Positions 10,220 to 20,453 of a stretch of DNA of 64,000 nt are shown piece after piece. Origin of the DNA: a phage. The position numbers and the translations under genes were made by a program. Every line of letters starts with the position of its first letter. Positions within the stretch are counted from its first letter, which is position 1. The notes beneath the pieces were generated by a model that worked only from the letters and a program-made list of their open reading frames with translations, made no database searches and had not been told where the DNA came from. The DNA lies in the sequence record PZ386973.1; one strand, written 5' to 3'.

Positions 10220-10588
10220 ATGACTAAACAACAATATTTAATACTTTGTGAATCAATGGGTATAGAACCTGATCCTAAGGCTATGCCTGTTGAACTTGAA
10301 GATTTTCCACCTATTGTAGCTATTAGTATGAATATTTATAATAGTCTAGTTGACTGTTTCATACCTGGCGACTTTCCTATATTTATAGGCAAAGACAAAG
10401 CTGCTTTAGGTGTTTTATTCGATATTTATGGGATTACCGATCCTATAGAGAAAGAATTTGTTCTACACATCATCAATATATTTGATGCTAAAGCTGTAGA
10501 CGCTGCACGTAAACGTGCTGAGAAGCATAAGCCGCAAAACGGTAGAATACCTAACGTTAAGCCGCACGCCAAATCTCGAGCACGGTAA
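10220..10588 (+). CDS. Hypothetical protein; possible frameshift extension of the upstream chaperone
   Basis: 122-aa ORF in +1 frame relative to 9754..10158; that frame is open from 10133; no SD upstream of ATG 10220. Confidence 0.45.
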   Translation: MTKQQYLILCESMGIEPDPKAMPVELEDFPPIVAISMNIYNSLVDCFIPGDFPIFIGKDKAALGVLFDIYGITDPIEKEFVLHIINIFDAKAVDAARKRAEKHKPQNGRIPNVKPHAKSRAR

Positions 10589-10623
10589 AAGTTTCCTCCA
10601 ATGGGCGTTCCACGATGAGGCTT

Positions 10624-10657
10624 GGCTCTGGGTGATTTGCCCAGAGCCTTTTTTATT
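10624..10657 (+). terminator. Intrinsic terminator upstream of tape measure gene
   Basis: GGCTCTGGG-loop-CCCAGAGCC followed by TTTTTTATT. Confidence 0.75.
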
Positions 10658-10671
10658 GGGAAAAATAAAAT

Positions 10672-13600
10672 ATGACTGATAAGCTAATACGAGAATTACT
10701 AATAGACGTTAAACAGAAGGGGGCAACCCGTACTGCAAAGTCTATTGAAAACGTATCTGATGCATTAGAAAATGCTGCTGCTGCTTCCGAACTGACAAAT
10801 GAACAGTTAGGTAAAATGCCCAAAACTCTATACTCCATTGAGAGGGCAGCAGATAGAGCAGCAAAAAGTCTTACTAAAATGCAGGCTAGTAGGGGTATGC
10901 TTAGTGTTACTAAATCTATTAATGATATAGGAGCTAAGCTGGACGACCTTGCTATTACAATGATCGAGGTAGCTGATAAGCTAGAAGTTGGATTCGATGG
11001 GGTTTCTAGATCTGTTAAAACAATGGGCAATGATGTTGCAGCTGCAACAGAGAAAGTTCAAGATAGGTTATACGATACTAATAGGGCTTTAGGAGGTACG
11101 GCTAAAGGCTTTAATGATACTACTGGTGCTGCTGGTAGAGCTTCTAGAGCTATTGGTAATACTTCTGGTTCAGCACGCGGTGCAACTCGTGATTTTGCAG
11201 CAATGGCTAAGATTGGTGGTAGTTTACCTATTATGTATGCAGCTCTTGCTTCCAACATCTTCGTTTTGCAATCTGCATTCGAACAACTTAAACTAGGTGA
11301 TCAGCTAAATCGCCTAGAAAAATTTGGTGTTATAGTAGGTACTCAGACAGGTACTCCTGTTCAGTCTCTTGCTAGATCACTACAAGAAGCTGCCGGATAC
11401 GCTATCTCCTTTGAAGAAGCAATGAGGCAAGCATCCTCTGCTTCTGCGTACGGATTTGATGCTGAACAACTTAATAAATTTGGTCTAGTAGCTCGTCGTG
11501 CTGCTGCTGTTCTTGGCGTTGATATGACTGATGCACTTAACCGTGTAATCAAGGGTGTATCAAAACAGGAAATCGAACTTCTGGATGAACTTGGTGTTAC
11601 TATTCGTCTTAATGACGCATATGCTGACTATGTTAAACAGCTAAATGCTGCTAACACTGGTATAACATATAATATTAATAGCCTTACTACCTTCCAGAAA
11701 CAGCAAGCGTATGCTAATGCTGTTATAGCAGAGTCTACTAAACGTTTTGGTTACTTAGATGAAGTTTTACGTGCAACTCCGTGGGAGCAGTTTGCTGCTA
11801 ACGCAGATGCTGCACTAAGAACAATACAACAAGCTGCTGCTAAGTACTTAGGGCCAGTAATTGATGCTATCAACACAGTATTTTATACTTCTCAGGCTTC
11901 TGTATCCGCTGAAGCAGCTAGAGCTCAAGAAAAAACTAATAGACAGATAGATCCTACCAACGTTGGTGCTGTTGCTTTAAGTTTGGCTGCTTCTGAAGAG
12001 GGCTACAATAAAGCATTAGATATGTATAAGGAATCTCTTGATAAGCGTAATAAGCTAAAATCCGAATTTGATAAACGAATGGAGCAAGCGGATTTCTATA
12101 CAAGATTAGCCATACGTCAAGTTGGTGAAGGTATTCCTGTTGGTCTTGCTGCTGCTGGTGCTTCCGAAGCTAATAAAAAGTTTGTAGAAGAAACAGCGGC
12201 TATGGGTCTACAAGTAACTAGACTTGGTAAGGAAGTAGAGGATTCTACAGAGAACCTCAATGCTTGGAAATCAGCGTATCAAGCTGCTGGAGCTGCTGCT
12301 GCAAAAGCTAATCCAGAGTTCCAGAAACAGATTAATCTACAGAAAGATACTACGGACCCTGATGCTGTATACGATTTTAACTCTACTGTATTAAAAGGAC
12401 TAACTGAACAACAAAAAGCATATAATCAGACTAAGAAAACTGCTAGTGGCCTAGCTAATGATATACAGAACGTTGCTCAGAATACAGATACCGCTGCTAA
12501 AACTAGTGCTACACTAGCAGATGCTATAAAAAATATAGAGTCACTATCTCAAGGTACTGGTAAAAGTGCAGATGAGTATGTTAAAAACCTTAACCTGGGT
12601 TATAACACCCTGTCTGAAATGAAAACTACATCCCAGGCTCTATCTGAGTACGTTAAACTAACTGGTAATGAAACTAAAAATCAGTTAGCAGTTCAACAGA
12701 AAATAGCTGATGTGTATAATCAAACTAAGGATAAGGAAAAAGCTCAGGAAGCTGGTAGACGTTTAGAGTTACAACAGTTAGAGGAGCAAGAAGCTGCTTT
12801 ACGCCGTGTTCTTCAAACAAACCAGGGAAATAAAGCTGTTGAGAAAGAAATTGAAAAAATTCAGCTGGAGAAACTTAAACTTACCAATCAGGGTATGGAA
12901 GCTCAGAAGAAGGTCAAGGATTACACAGATAAAATTCTTGGTGTAGATCGTGAGATAGCTCTTCTGAATGACCGTACTATGACTGCTACTCAATATAGAT
13001 TAGCTCAGTTAAAGCTAGAACTAACTATAGAGAAAGAGAAGTACGAATGGTATACAAAACAAGCGGATAAACAGAAAGAGGCGGAACAGTCTAGACGTGC
13101 TCAAGCACAAATAAGTAGAGAAATATGGGAAGCAGAAAAACAAGCTACCTCAACCCATGTATCTGCTCTCATGGATGCACTAGAAGTTAGCCAAACACAA
13201 AGAAATGTTACTGGCCAATCTCAAATTCTTACGGAAAGATTATCCATTCTGCAGCAACAGCTGGAACTATCTAAGGGTAACACGGAAGAAGAGCTTAAAT
13301 ATCGTAATGAGATTTATAAAACTGCTGCTGCTCTAGAACAACTTAGAAAGCAGAGGGATAGTCAGATGCAGCAACAGGTAGGATCCTCTGTGGGTGCTGT
13401 GTACACGCCTACAACGGGGTTATCTGGAGAAGATAAAGATTTTGCTGATATGCAAAATAGAATGGCTTCTTATGATCAGGCAATCTCTAAGCTGTCTGAA
13501 TTAAATTCTGAAGCAACCGCTGTGGCTCAGAGTATGGGTAATTTAACCAACTCTATGATTCAATTCTCTCAGGGATCTTTAGATACTACGTCTATGATTG

Positions 13601-14352
13601 CTTCTGGTATGCAAACTGTGGCTTCTATGATTCAATATAGTACTAGTCAGCAGGTTAGTGCAATTGATCAGGCTATTGCCGCAGAACAGAAGCGTGATGG
13701 TAAATCTGAGGCATCTAAAGCTAAACTGAAGAAATTAGAAGCTGAAAAGCTTAAAATTCAACAGGATGCAGCTAAGAAACAGATTATCATTCAGACAGCA
13801 GTAGCAGTAATGCAAGCAGCAACAGCTGTACCATATCCGTTCTCTATTCCTCTAATGGTGGCGGCAGGTTTGGCAGGTGCACTAGCTCTTGCTCAGGCAT
13901 CTTCTGCATCTGGTATGTCTTCTATCGCTGACTCTGGAGCAGATACTACCCAGTATTTAACTCTAGGTGAACGACAGAAGAACGTTGATGTATCTATGCA
14001 AGCCAGTTCAGGAGAACTGTCCTACCTACGTGGTGATAAAGGTATTGGTAATGCTAACTCCTTTGTTCCGCGTGCTGAGGGTGGTATGATGTATCCTGGA
14101 GTAAGCTATCAAATGGGTGAGCACGGTACCGAGGTAATTACTCCTATGGTTCCTATGAAAGCTACGCCTAATGATCAGCTTTCCGAAGGATCAAGGTCCT
14201 CTTCTGGTAGACCTATTATCCTGAATATCAGCACTATGGATGCAGCAAGCTTCAGAGATTTTGCATCGAATAATAGTACTGCTTTCAGAGATGCCGTGGA
14301 ACTGGCTCTTAATGAGAATGGGACCACCCTGAAATCTCTTGGTAATTCTTAA
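10672..14352 (+). CDS. Tape measure protein (T5 pb2-like)
   Basis: 1226 aa, long Ala/Gln/Lys-rich coiled-coil stretches, Gly/Ala-rich hydrophobic segment near C-terminus (AVPYPFSIPLMVAAGLAGALALAQA). Confidence 0.9.
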   Translation: MTDKLIRELLIDVKQKGATRTAKSIENVSDALENAAAASELTNEQLGKMPKTLYSIERAADRAAKSLTKMQASRGMLSVTKSINDIGAKLDDLAITMIEVADKLEVGFDGVSRSVKTMGNDVAAATEKVQDRLYDTNRALGGTAKGFNDTTGAAGRASRAIGNTSGSARGATRDFAAMAKIGGSLPIMYAALASNIFVLQSAFEQLKLGDQLNRLEKFGVIVGTQTGTPVQSLARSLQEAAGYAISFEEAMRQASSASAYGFDAEQLNKFGLVARRAAAVLGVDMTDALNRVIKGVSKQEIELLDELGVTIRLNDAYADYVKQLNAANTGITYNINSLTTFQKQQAYANAVIAESTKRFGYLDEVLRATPWEQFAANADAALRTIQQAAAKYLGPVIDAINTVFYTSQASVSAEAARAQEKTNRQIDPTNVGAVALSLAASEEGYNKALDMYKESLDKRNKLKSEFDKRMEQADFYTRLAIRQVGEGIPVGLAAAGASEANKKFVEETAAMGLQVTRLGKEVEDSTENLNAWKSAYQAAGAAAAKANPEFQKQINLQKDTTDPDAVYDFNSTVLKGLTEQQKAYNQTKKTASGLANDIQNVAQNTDTAAKTSATLADAIKNIESLSQGTGKSADEYVKNLNLGYNTLSEMKTTSQALSEYVKLTGNETKNQLAVQQKIADVYNQTKDKEKAQEAGRRLELQQLEEQEAALRRVLQTNQGNKAVEKEIEKIQLEKLKLTNQGMEAQKKVKDYTDKILGVDREIALLNDRTMTATQYRLAQLKLELTIEKEKYEWYTKQADKQKEAEQSRRAQAQISREIWEAEKQATSTHVSALMDALEVSQTQRNVTGQSQILTERLSILQQQLELSKGNTEEELKYRNEIYKTAAALEQLRKQRDSQMQQQVGSSVGAVYTPTTGLSGEDKDFADMQNRMASYDQAISKLSELNSEATAVAQSMGNLTNSMIQFSQGSLDTTSMIASGMQTVASMIQYSTSQQVSAIDQAIAAEQKRDGKSEASKAKLKKLEAEKLKIQQDAAKKQIIIQTAVAVMQAATAVPYPFSIPLMVAAGLAGALALAQASSASGMSSIADSGADTTQYLTLGERQKNVDVSMQASSGELSYLRGDKGIGNANSFVPRAEGGMMYPGVSYQMGEHGTEVITPMVPMKATPNDQLSEGSRSSSGRPIILNISTMDAASFRDFASNNSTAFRDAVELALNENGTTLKSLGNS

Positions 14353-14358
14353 TATTGG

Positions 14359-14387
14359 AGGAGGACTTTATGTCCTCCTTTTCTTTA
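14359..14387 (+). terminator. Intrinsic terminator after tape measure gene
   Basis: AGGAGGAC-TTTAT-GTCCTCCT followed by TTTTCTTT. Confidence 0.7.
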
Positions 14388-14405
14388 TGGAAAAATAAAA
14401 ATTTC

Positions 14406-14434
14406 TTGATAAAATTTTCCAATACTATTATAAT
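14406..14434 (+). promoter_or_regulatory. Sigma70-like promoter upstream of distal tail protein gene
   Basis: TTGATA - 17 bp - TATAAT immediately after tape measure terminator. Confidence 0.5.
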
Positions 14435-14461
14435 ATTGTTATTAAAGAGGAGAAATTAACT

Positions 14462-15076
14462 ATGAGACTACCAGATCCATACACGAACCCAGAGTACCCA
14501 GGGTTAGGTTTTGAAAGCGTCAATTTAGTAGATAACGACCCTATGATTCGTGATGAATTACCTAATGGTAAAGTCAAAGAGGTTAAAATATCTGCTCAAT
14601 ACTGGGGAATTAATATCTCATACCCGGAACTTTTCCCGGATGAATATGCATTTCTAGACTCTAGGCTTTTAGAATATAAAAGAACTGGGGATTATTTAGA
14701 TGTACTCCTGCCTCAGTATGAAGCATTTAGAGTACGTGGTGATACTAAGAGTGTTACCATACCTGCCGGTCAAAAAGGTTCTCAAATTATACTAAATACT
14801 AATGGAACATTAGCTGGCCAGCCAAAAGCAGGGGATTTATTTAAGTTATCTAATCATCCTAAAGTTTATAAAATAACAAATTTTAGTAGTTCAGGAAACG
14901 TATGGAATATTTCCCTATATCCTGATCTATTTATTACTACTACGGGTAGTGAAAAACCAGTTTTTAATGGTATCTTATTTAGAACTAAGCTAATGAACGG
15001 AGATTCCTTCGGTTCTACCCTAAATAACAATGGTACTTACTCTGGTATTTCACTTTCCTTGAGGGAAAGTCTATGA
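14462..15076 (+). CDS. Distal tail protein (T5 pb9-like)
   Basis: 204 aa, immediately downstream of tape measure with own promoter; position-conserved. Confidence 0.75.
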   Translation: MRLPDPYTNPEYPGLGFESVNLVDNDPMIRDELPNGKVKEVKISAQYWGINISYPELFPDEYAFLDSRLLEYKRTGDYLDVLLPQYEAFRVRGDTKSVTIPAGQKGSQIILNTNGTLAGQPKAGDLFKLSNHPKVYKITNFSSSGNVWNISLYPDLFITTTGSEKPVFNGILFRTKLMNGDSFGSTLNNNGTYSGISLSLRESL

Positions 15077-17922
15077 AGAAGATACTCGATAGTGCTAAAA
15101 ACTACCTGAATACTCATGATAAATTAAAGACAGCATGTCTTATAGCTCTTGAATTACCGAGTTCATCTGGTTCCGCAGCTACTTATATATACTTGACAGA
15201 CTATTTTAGAGATGTTACATATAATGGTATTTTATACAGATCAGGTAAAGTAAAAAGTATAAGCTCCCATAAACAGAATCGTCAATTATCTATTGGTAGT
15301 TTATCTTTTACAATAACTGGTACTGCTGAAGATGAGGTATTAAAGCTAGTTCAAAATGGAGTATCTTTCCTAGATAGAAGTGTATCTATCCATCAGGCAA
15401 TAATTGATGAAGAAGGAAATATTCTTCCAGTAGATCCTGATACAGATGGCCCTTTATTATTCTTCCGAGGTAGAATTACTGGAGGTGGAATAAAAGATAA
15501 CGTTAATACTTCAGGAATAGGCACATCAGTTATTACCTGGAACTGCTCCAATCAGTTCTACGATTTTGATAGAGTAAACGGCAGGTATACAGATGATGCA
15601 TCTCATAGAGGTCTTGAAGTTGTTAATGGAACTCTTCAGCCATCAAATGGTGCTAAACGTCCTGAGTACCAAGAAGACTATGGATTCTTCCACTCTAATA
15701 AGAGTACAACTATATTAGCTAAATACCAAGTTAAAGAAGAACGATACAAATTACAGTCTAAGAAAAAGTTATTTGGCCTATCTAGAAGCTACAGCCTTAA
15801 AAAATACTATGAAACTGTAACTAAAGAAGTTGACCTAGACTTTAACTTAGCAGCTAAATTTATACCTGTAGTATATGGTGTTCAGAAAATTCCTGGTATA
15901 CCTATTTTTGCAGATACGGAACTAAATAATCCTAATATAGTATATGTAGTATATGCTTTTGCAGAAGGTGAGATAGATGGATTTCTAGATTTTTATATTG
16001 GAGATAGTCCCATGATATGTTTTGATGAGACAGACTCCGATGCTAGAACTTGTTTTGGACGTAAAAAGATAGTTGGTGATACAATGCACCGTCTAGCTGC
16101 AGGTACAAGTACCTCTCAGCCTTCTGTTCATGGACAAGAATATAAGTATAATGATGGTAATGGGGATATAAGAATCTGGACCTTTCATGGAAAACCAGAC
16201 CAGACTGCTGCACAAGTACTTGTAGATATTGCTAAGAAAAAAGGATTTTACCTACAGAATCAGAATGGTAACGGACCGGAATACTGGGATTCTCGTTATA
16301 AGTTATTAGATACAGCTTATGCTATAGTTAGATTTACTATTAATGAGAATAGGACCGAAATTCCTGAAATTAGTGCGGAAGTACAGGGTAAGAAGATTAA
16401 AGTATACAGTTCTGATGGTACTGTAAAAGCAGATAAAACTAGTCTAAATGGTATCTGGCAACTTATGGATTACCTGACTTCAGATCGTTATGGTGCTAAT
16501 ATAACTTTAGATCAGTTTCCACTACAAAAAGTAATATCAGAAGCAAAAATACTTGATATAATTGATGAATCCTATCAGGTTAGTTGGCAACCTTACTGGC
16601 GTTACGTTGGATGGAGTGATTCTATATCTGAACATCGTCAAGTAGTTCAATTAAACACCATACTAGATACTTCTGAATCAGTTTTTAAAAACGTTCAAGG
16701 TATATTAGAATCATTTGGTGGGGCTATAAATAACCTGTCAGGTGAGTATAGAATAACGGTAGAAAAACATTCTACAACTCCATTAAAAATAGGTTTTCTA
16801 GACACTTATGGTGACTTAGACTTATCTGATACTACTGGTAGAAATAAATTTAACTCAGTACAGGCCTCTTTAGTAGATCCTGCACTAAGCTGGAAAACAA
16901 ACTCTATCACATTCTATAACTCTAAATTTAAAGAGCAGGATAAGGGTCTTGATAAAAAGCTCCAACTATCTTTTGCTAATATTACTAATTACTACACTGC
17001 TAGAAGTTACGCAGATAGAGAACTTAAGAAATCTAGGTACTCGCGTACTTTAAGTTTTTCTGTACCATATAAATTTATAGGTATAGAGCCTAACGATCCT
17101 ATTGCTTTCACATATGAACGTTATGGCTGGAAGGACAAATTCTTCCTGGTTGACGAAGTAGAAAATACTCGTGATGGTAAAATTAATCTAGTTCTCCAAG
17201 AGTATGGAGAAGATGTATTTATTAACTCCGAACAGGTAGATAATAGTGGTAATGATATTCCTGATATTAGTAATAACGTTCTGCCTCCTAGAGATTTTAA
17301 GTACACTCCTACTCCAGGTGGCGTAGTTGGTGCTATAGGTAAGAATGGTGAGCTATCCTGGCTTCCTAGTCTTACAAATAACGTAGTATATTATTCTATT
17401 GCACATTCTGGACATGTTGATCCATACATAGTTCAACAACTGGAAAATAATCCCAATGAAAGAATGATTCAGGAGATTATAGGAGAACCTGCTGGTTTAG
17501 CTATTTTTGAGTTACGTGCAGTAGACATTAATGGTAGACGTAGTTCTCCAGTTACACTATCTGTAGATCTTAACTCAGCAAAGAACTTAAGCGTAGTTAG
17601 TAACTTTAGAGTTATTAATACTGCTTCAGGAGATGTGACTGAATTTGTTGGTCCAGATGTCAAACTTGCCTGGGATAAGATTCCAGAGGAGGAGATAATT
17701 CCTGAAATCTATTATACTCTGGAAATTTATGATTCTCAAGATAGAATGCTTCGTAGTGTTAGAATAGAAGATGTCTATACTTATGATTACCTATTAACAT
17801 ATAATAAGGCGGATTTTGCTTTGCTGAATTCAGGTGCTCTAGGTATCAATCGTAAATTACGATTTAGAATACGGGCTGAAGGAGAAAGCGGAGAACAATC
17901 TGTTAGTTGGGCTACCATTTAA
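15073..17922 (+). CDS. Baseplate hub protein (T5 pb3-like)
   Basis: 949-aa ORF following distal tail protein; start overlaps previous stop. Confidence 0.78.
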   Translation: MKKILDSAKNYLNTHDKLKTACLIALELPSSSGSAATYIYLTDYFRDVTYNGILYRSGKVKSISSHKQNRQLSIGSLSFTITGTAEDEVLKLVQNGVSFLDRSVSIHQAIIDEEGNILPVDPDTDGPLLFFRGRITGGGIKDNVNTSGIGTSVITWNCSNQFYDFDRVNGRYTDDASHRGLEVVNGTLQPSNGAKRPEYQEDYGFFHSNKSTTILAKYQVKEERYKLQSKKKLFGLSRSYSLKKYYETVTKEVDLDFNLAAKFIPVVYGVQKIPGIPIFADTELNNPNIVYVVYAFAEGEIDGFLDFYIGDSPMICFDETDSDARTCFGRKKIVGDTMHRLAAGTSTSQPSVHGQEYKYNDGNGDIRIWTFHGKPDQTAAQVLVDIAKKKGFYLQNQNGNGPEYWDSRYKLLDTAYAIVRFTINENRTEIPEISAEVQGKKIKVYSSDGTVKADKTSLNGIWQLMDYLTSDRYGANITLDQFPLQKVISEAKILDIIDESYQVSWQPYWRYVGWSDSISEHRQVVQLNTILDTSESVFKNVQGILESFGGAINNLSGEYRITVEKHSTTPLKIGFLDTYGDLDLSDTTGRNKFNSVQASLVDPALSWKTNSITFYNSKFKEQDKGLDKKLQLSFANITNYYTARSYADRELKKSRYSRTLSFSVPYKFIGIEPNDPIAFTYERYGWKDKFFLVDEVENTRDGKINLVLQEYGEDVFINSEQVDNSGNDIPDISNNVLPPRDFKYTPTPGGVVGAIGKNGELSWLPSLTNNVVYYSIAHSGHVDPYIVQQLENNPNERMIQEIIGEPAGLAIFELRAVDINGRRSSPVTLSVDLNSAKNLSVVSNFRVINTASGDVTEFVGPDVKLAWDKIPEEEIIPEIYYTLEIYDSQDRMLRSVRIEDVYTYDYLLTYNKADFALLNSGALGINRKLRFRIRAEGESGEQSVSWATI

Positions 17923-20025
17923 ATGATTTCAAATAATGCACCAGCTAAAATGGTTCTAAATAGCGTCTTAACTGGGTATACGTTGGCGTATATCCAGCAT
18001 TCTATTTACTCAGATTATGACGTTATAGGCAGATCTTTTTGGCTAAAAGAAGGTAGTAACATTACTCGTAGAGACTTCACGGGTGTTGATACTTTCTCTG
18101 TAACTATTAATAATCTAAAACCTACAACAACTTATGAAGTTCAGGGTGCATTTTATGATTCTATAATAGACTCTGAACTACTTAATGCTCAGATAGGAAT
18201 TAACCTATCTGATAAGCAAACTTTTAAAATGAAATCAGCACCTAGAATCACAGGTGCTAGATGTGAATCAGAACCAGTAGATGTTGGTGTTGGAGCACCT
18301 ATAGTTTTTATCGATACTACTGGAGAAGCTGATTATTGTACTATAGAATTAAAAAACAATTCTAATGCTAATAATCCGTGGGTTAAATATTACGTTGGTG
18401 CACTAATGCCAACTATTATGTTTGGTGGTGTGCCAATCGGGTTCTATAAAGTAAGAATTTCTGGTCAAATAAGCCTACCAGACGGTGTTACTATTGATTC
18501 GTCTGGATACTATGAGTATCCTACCGTCTTTGAAGTTAATTATAATTTTGTTCCTCCTACAGCACCCACTAATATTGAGTTTAAAGCAGCGCGCATTGCA
18601 GACGGTAAAGAACGCTATGATTTGCGTGTGCAATGGGATTGGAATAGAGGCGCAGGTGCCAACGTTCGTGAATTCGTTCTATCTTATATAGATTCAACAG
18701 AATTTGCTAGAACTGGATGGACTAAGGCACAAAAAATCAACGTGGGGGCTGCTCAGTCGGCAACAATTATATCATTCCCGTGGAAAGTAGAGCATAAATT
18801 TAAAGTATCATCTATTGCCTGGGGACCGGATACTCAAGATGTTGCCGATTCCGCAATACAAACATTTATATTAAATGAGAGTACTCCATTAGATAATAGT
18901 TTTGTTAATGAAACTGGTATCGAAGTAAATTACGCGTACATTAAGGGTAAGATCAAAGATGGATCTACCTGGAAACAAACCTTCCTAATAGATGCTGCTA
19001 CAGGTGCTATTAATATAGGTCTTCTAGATGCAGAAGGAAAAGCACCAATATCTTTTGACCCTATTAAAAAGATAATTAACGTTGATGGAAGTGTAATAAC
19101 TAAAACTATTAATGCTGCGAACTTTGTCATGACTAACTTAACTGGTCAAGATAACCCAGCAATCTATACTCAAGGTAAAACTTGGGGAGATACAAAATCA
19201 GGTATTTGGATGGGCATGGATAATGCTACTGCTAAGCCAAAACTGGACATTGGTAATGCTACACAGTATATTCGTTATGATGGGGATACATTAAGAATCT
19301 CTAGTGGGGTTGTAATTGGTACACCTAATGGCGATATTGATATAGAAACAGGTATACAAGGTAAGCAAACAGTATTTATATATATTCTAGGTACTTCATT
19401 ACCCGCTAAACCAACAAGCCCTACATATCCACCTTCTGGTTGGTCTAAAACCCCACCAAATAGAACATCTAATACTCAGAATATTTACTGCTCTACTGGT
19501 ACTCTAGACCCTGTTACTAATCAATTAGTATCCGGAACCAGTTGGTCAGATGTAGTTCAATGGAGTGGTACTGAAGGTGTTGATGGTAGACCCGGGGCAG
19601 ATGGTAAGCCAGGTGCTGATGGTAGACCAGGAGATACAGGACAACGTGGTCCTGGAATGTATTCTCTTGCTATTGCGAATTTAACAGCATGGAATGATTC
19701 TCAGGCTAATTCGTTTTTTACATCTAATTTTGGTACTGGTCCTGTTAAATATGATGTATTAACCGAGTATAAAAGTGGGGCACCAGGAACAGCATTTACT
19801 AGGCAGTGGAATGGTTCAGCATGGGCTAGCCCTGCAATGGTTTTACATGGTGATATGATAGTTAATGGTACGGTAACTGCTAGTAAAATTGTTGCTAATA
19901 ACGCTTTCTTATCACAAATTGGTGTAAATATTATATATGATCGTGCAGCCGCACTATCCTCTAATCCAGAGGGATCTTACAAAATGAAGATAGACCTGCA
20001 AAACGGGTATATCCATATAAGGTAA
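17923..20025 (+). CDS. Tail tip / central fibre protein with collagen-like triplets (T5 pb4-like)
   Basis: 700 aa; Gly-X-Y run [27 protein letters not shown]. Confidence 0.72.
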   Translation: MISNNAPAKMVLNSVLTGYTLAYIQHSIYSDYDVIGRSFWLKEGSNITRRDFTGVDTFSVTINNLKPTTTYEVQGAFYDSIIDSELLNAQIGINLSDKQTFKMKSAPRITGARCESEPVDVGVGAPIVFIDTTGEADYCTIELKNNSNANNPWVKYYVGALMPTIMFGGVPIGFYKVRISGQISLPDGVTIDSSGYYEYPTVFEVNYNFVPPTAPTNIEFKAARIADGKERYDLRVQWDWNRGAGANVREFVLSYIDSTEFARTGWTKAQKINVGAAQSATIISFPWKVEHKFKVSSIAWGPDTQDVADSAIQTFILNESTPLDNSFVNETGIEVNYAYIKGKIKDGSTWKQTFLIDAATGAINIGLLDAEGKAPISFDPIKKIINVDGSVITKTINAANFVMTNLTGQDNPAIYTQGKTWGDTKSGIWMGMDNATAKPKLDIGNATQYIRYDGDTLRISSGVVIGTPNGDIDIETGIQGKQTVFIYILGTSLPAKPTSPTYPPSGWSKTPPNRTSNTQNIYCSTGTLDPVTNQLVSGTSWSDVVQWSGTEGVDGRPGADGKPGADGRPGDTGQRGPGMYSLAIANLTAWNDSQANSFFTSNFGTGPVKYDVLTEYKSGAPGTAFTRQWNGSAWASPAMVLHGDMIVNGTVTASKIVANNAFLSQIGVNIIYDRAAALSSNPEGSYKMKIDLQNGYIHIR
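19576..19656 (+). repeat. Collagen-like Gly-X-Y triplet run (27 codons) inside pb4-like gene
   Basis: [27 protein letters not shown]. Confidence 0.8.
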
Positions 20026-20030
20026 AAATA

Positions 20031-20453
20031 ATGAGTACAGAAAATAGAGTTATTGATTTAGTAGTAGACGAAAACGTACCTTATGGTTTACTTATGCAAT
20101 TTATGGATGTGGATGATAGTGTTTACCCTTCTACATCTAAACCAGTAGATCTTACTGGTTTCTCCCTAAGAGGTACTATTAAAAGTAACCTAGAAGATGG
20201 GGCTGAAACTTTAGCATCTTTTACTACGTCTATTATCGATGCTAAGCAAGGAGTAGCATCAATAAGTCTACCTATTAGTGCCGTAACTACTATTGCATCT
20301 AAAGCATCCAAAGAAAGGGACAGATATAATCCTAGACAAAGATTAGCGGGGTATTATGATGTGATAATTACCAGAACAGCTGTTGGCAGTGCTGCTAGTT
20401 CTTTCCGTATTATGGAAGGCAAAGTTTATATTAGCGATGGGGTAACTCAATAA
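20031..20453 (+). CDS. Collar / fibre attachment protein (T5 p132-like)
   Basis: 140-aa ORF immediately upstream of the tail fibre gene. Confidence 0.55.
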   Translation: MSTENRVIDLVVDENVPYGLLMQFMDVDDSVYPSTSKPVDLTGFSLRGTIKSNLEDGAETLASFTTSIIDAKQGVASISLPISAVTTIASKASKERDRYNPRQRLAGYYDVIITRTAVGSAASSFRIMEGKVYISDGVTQ

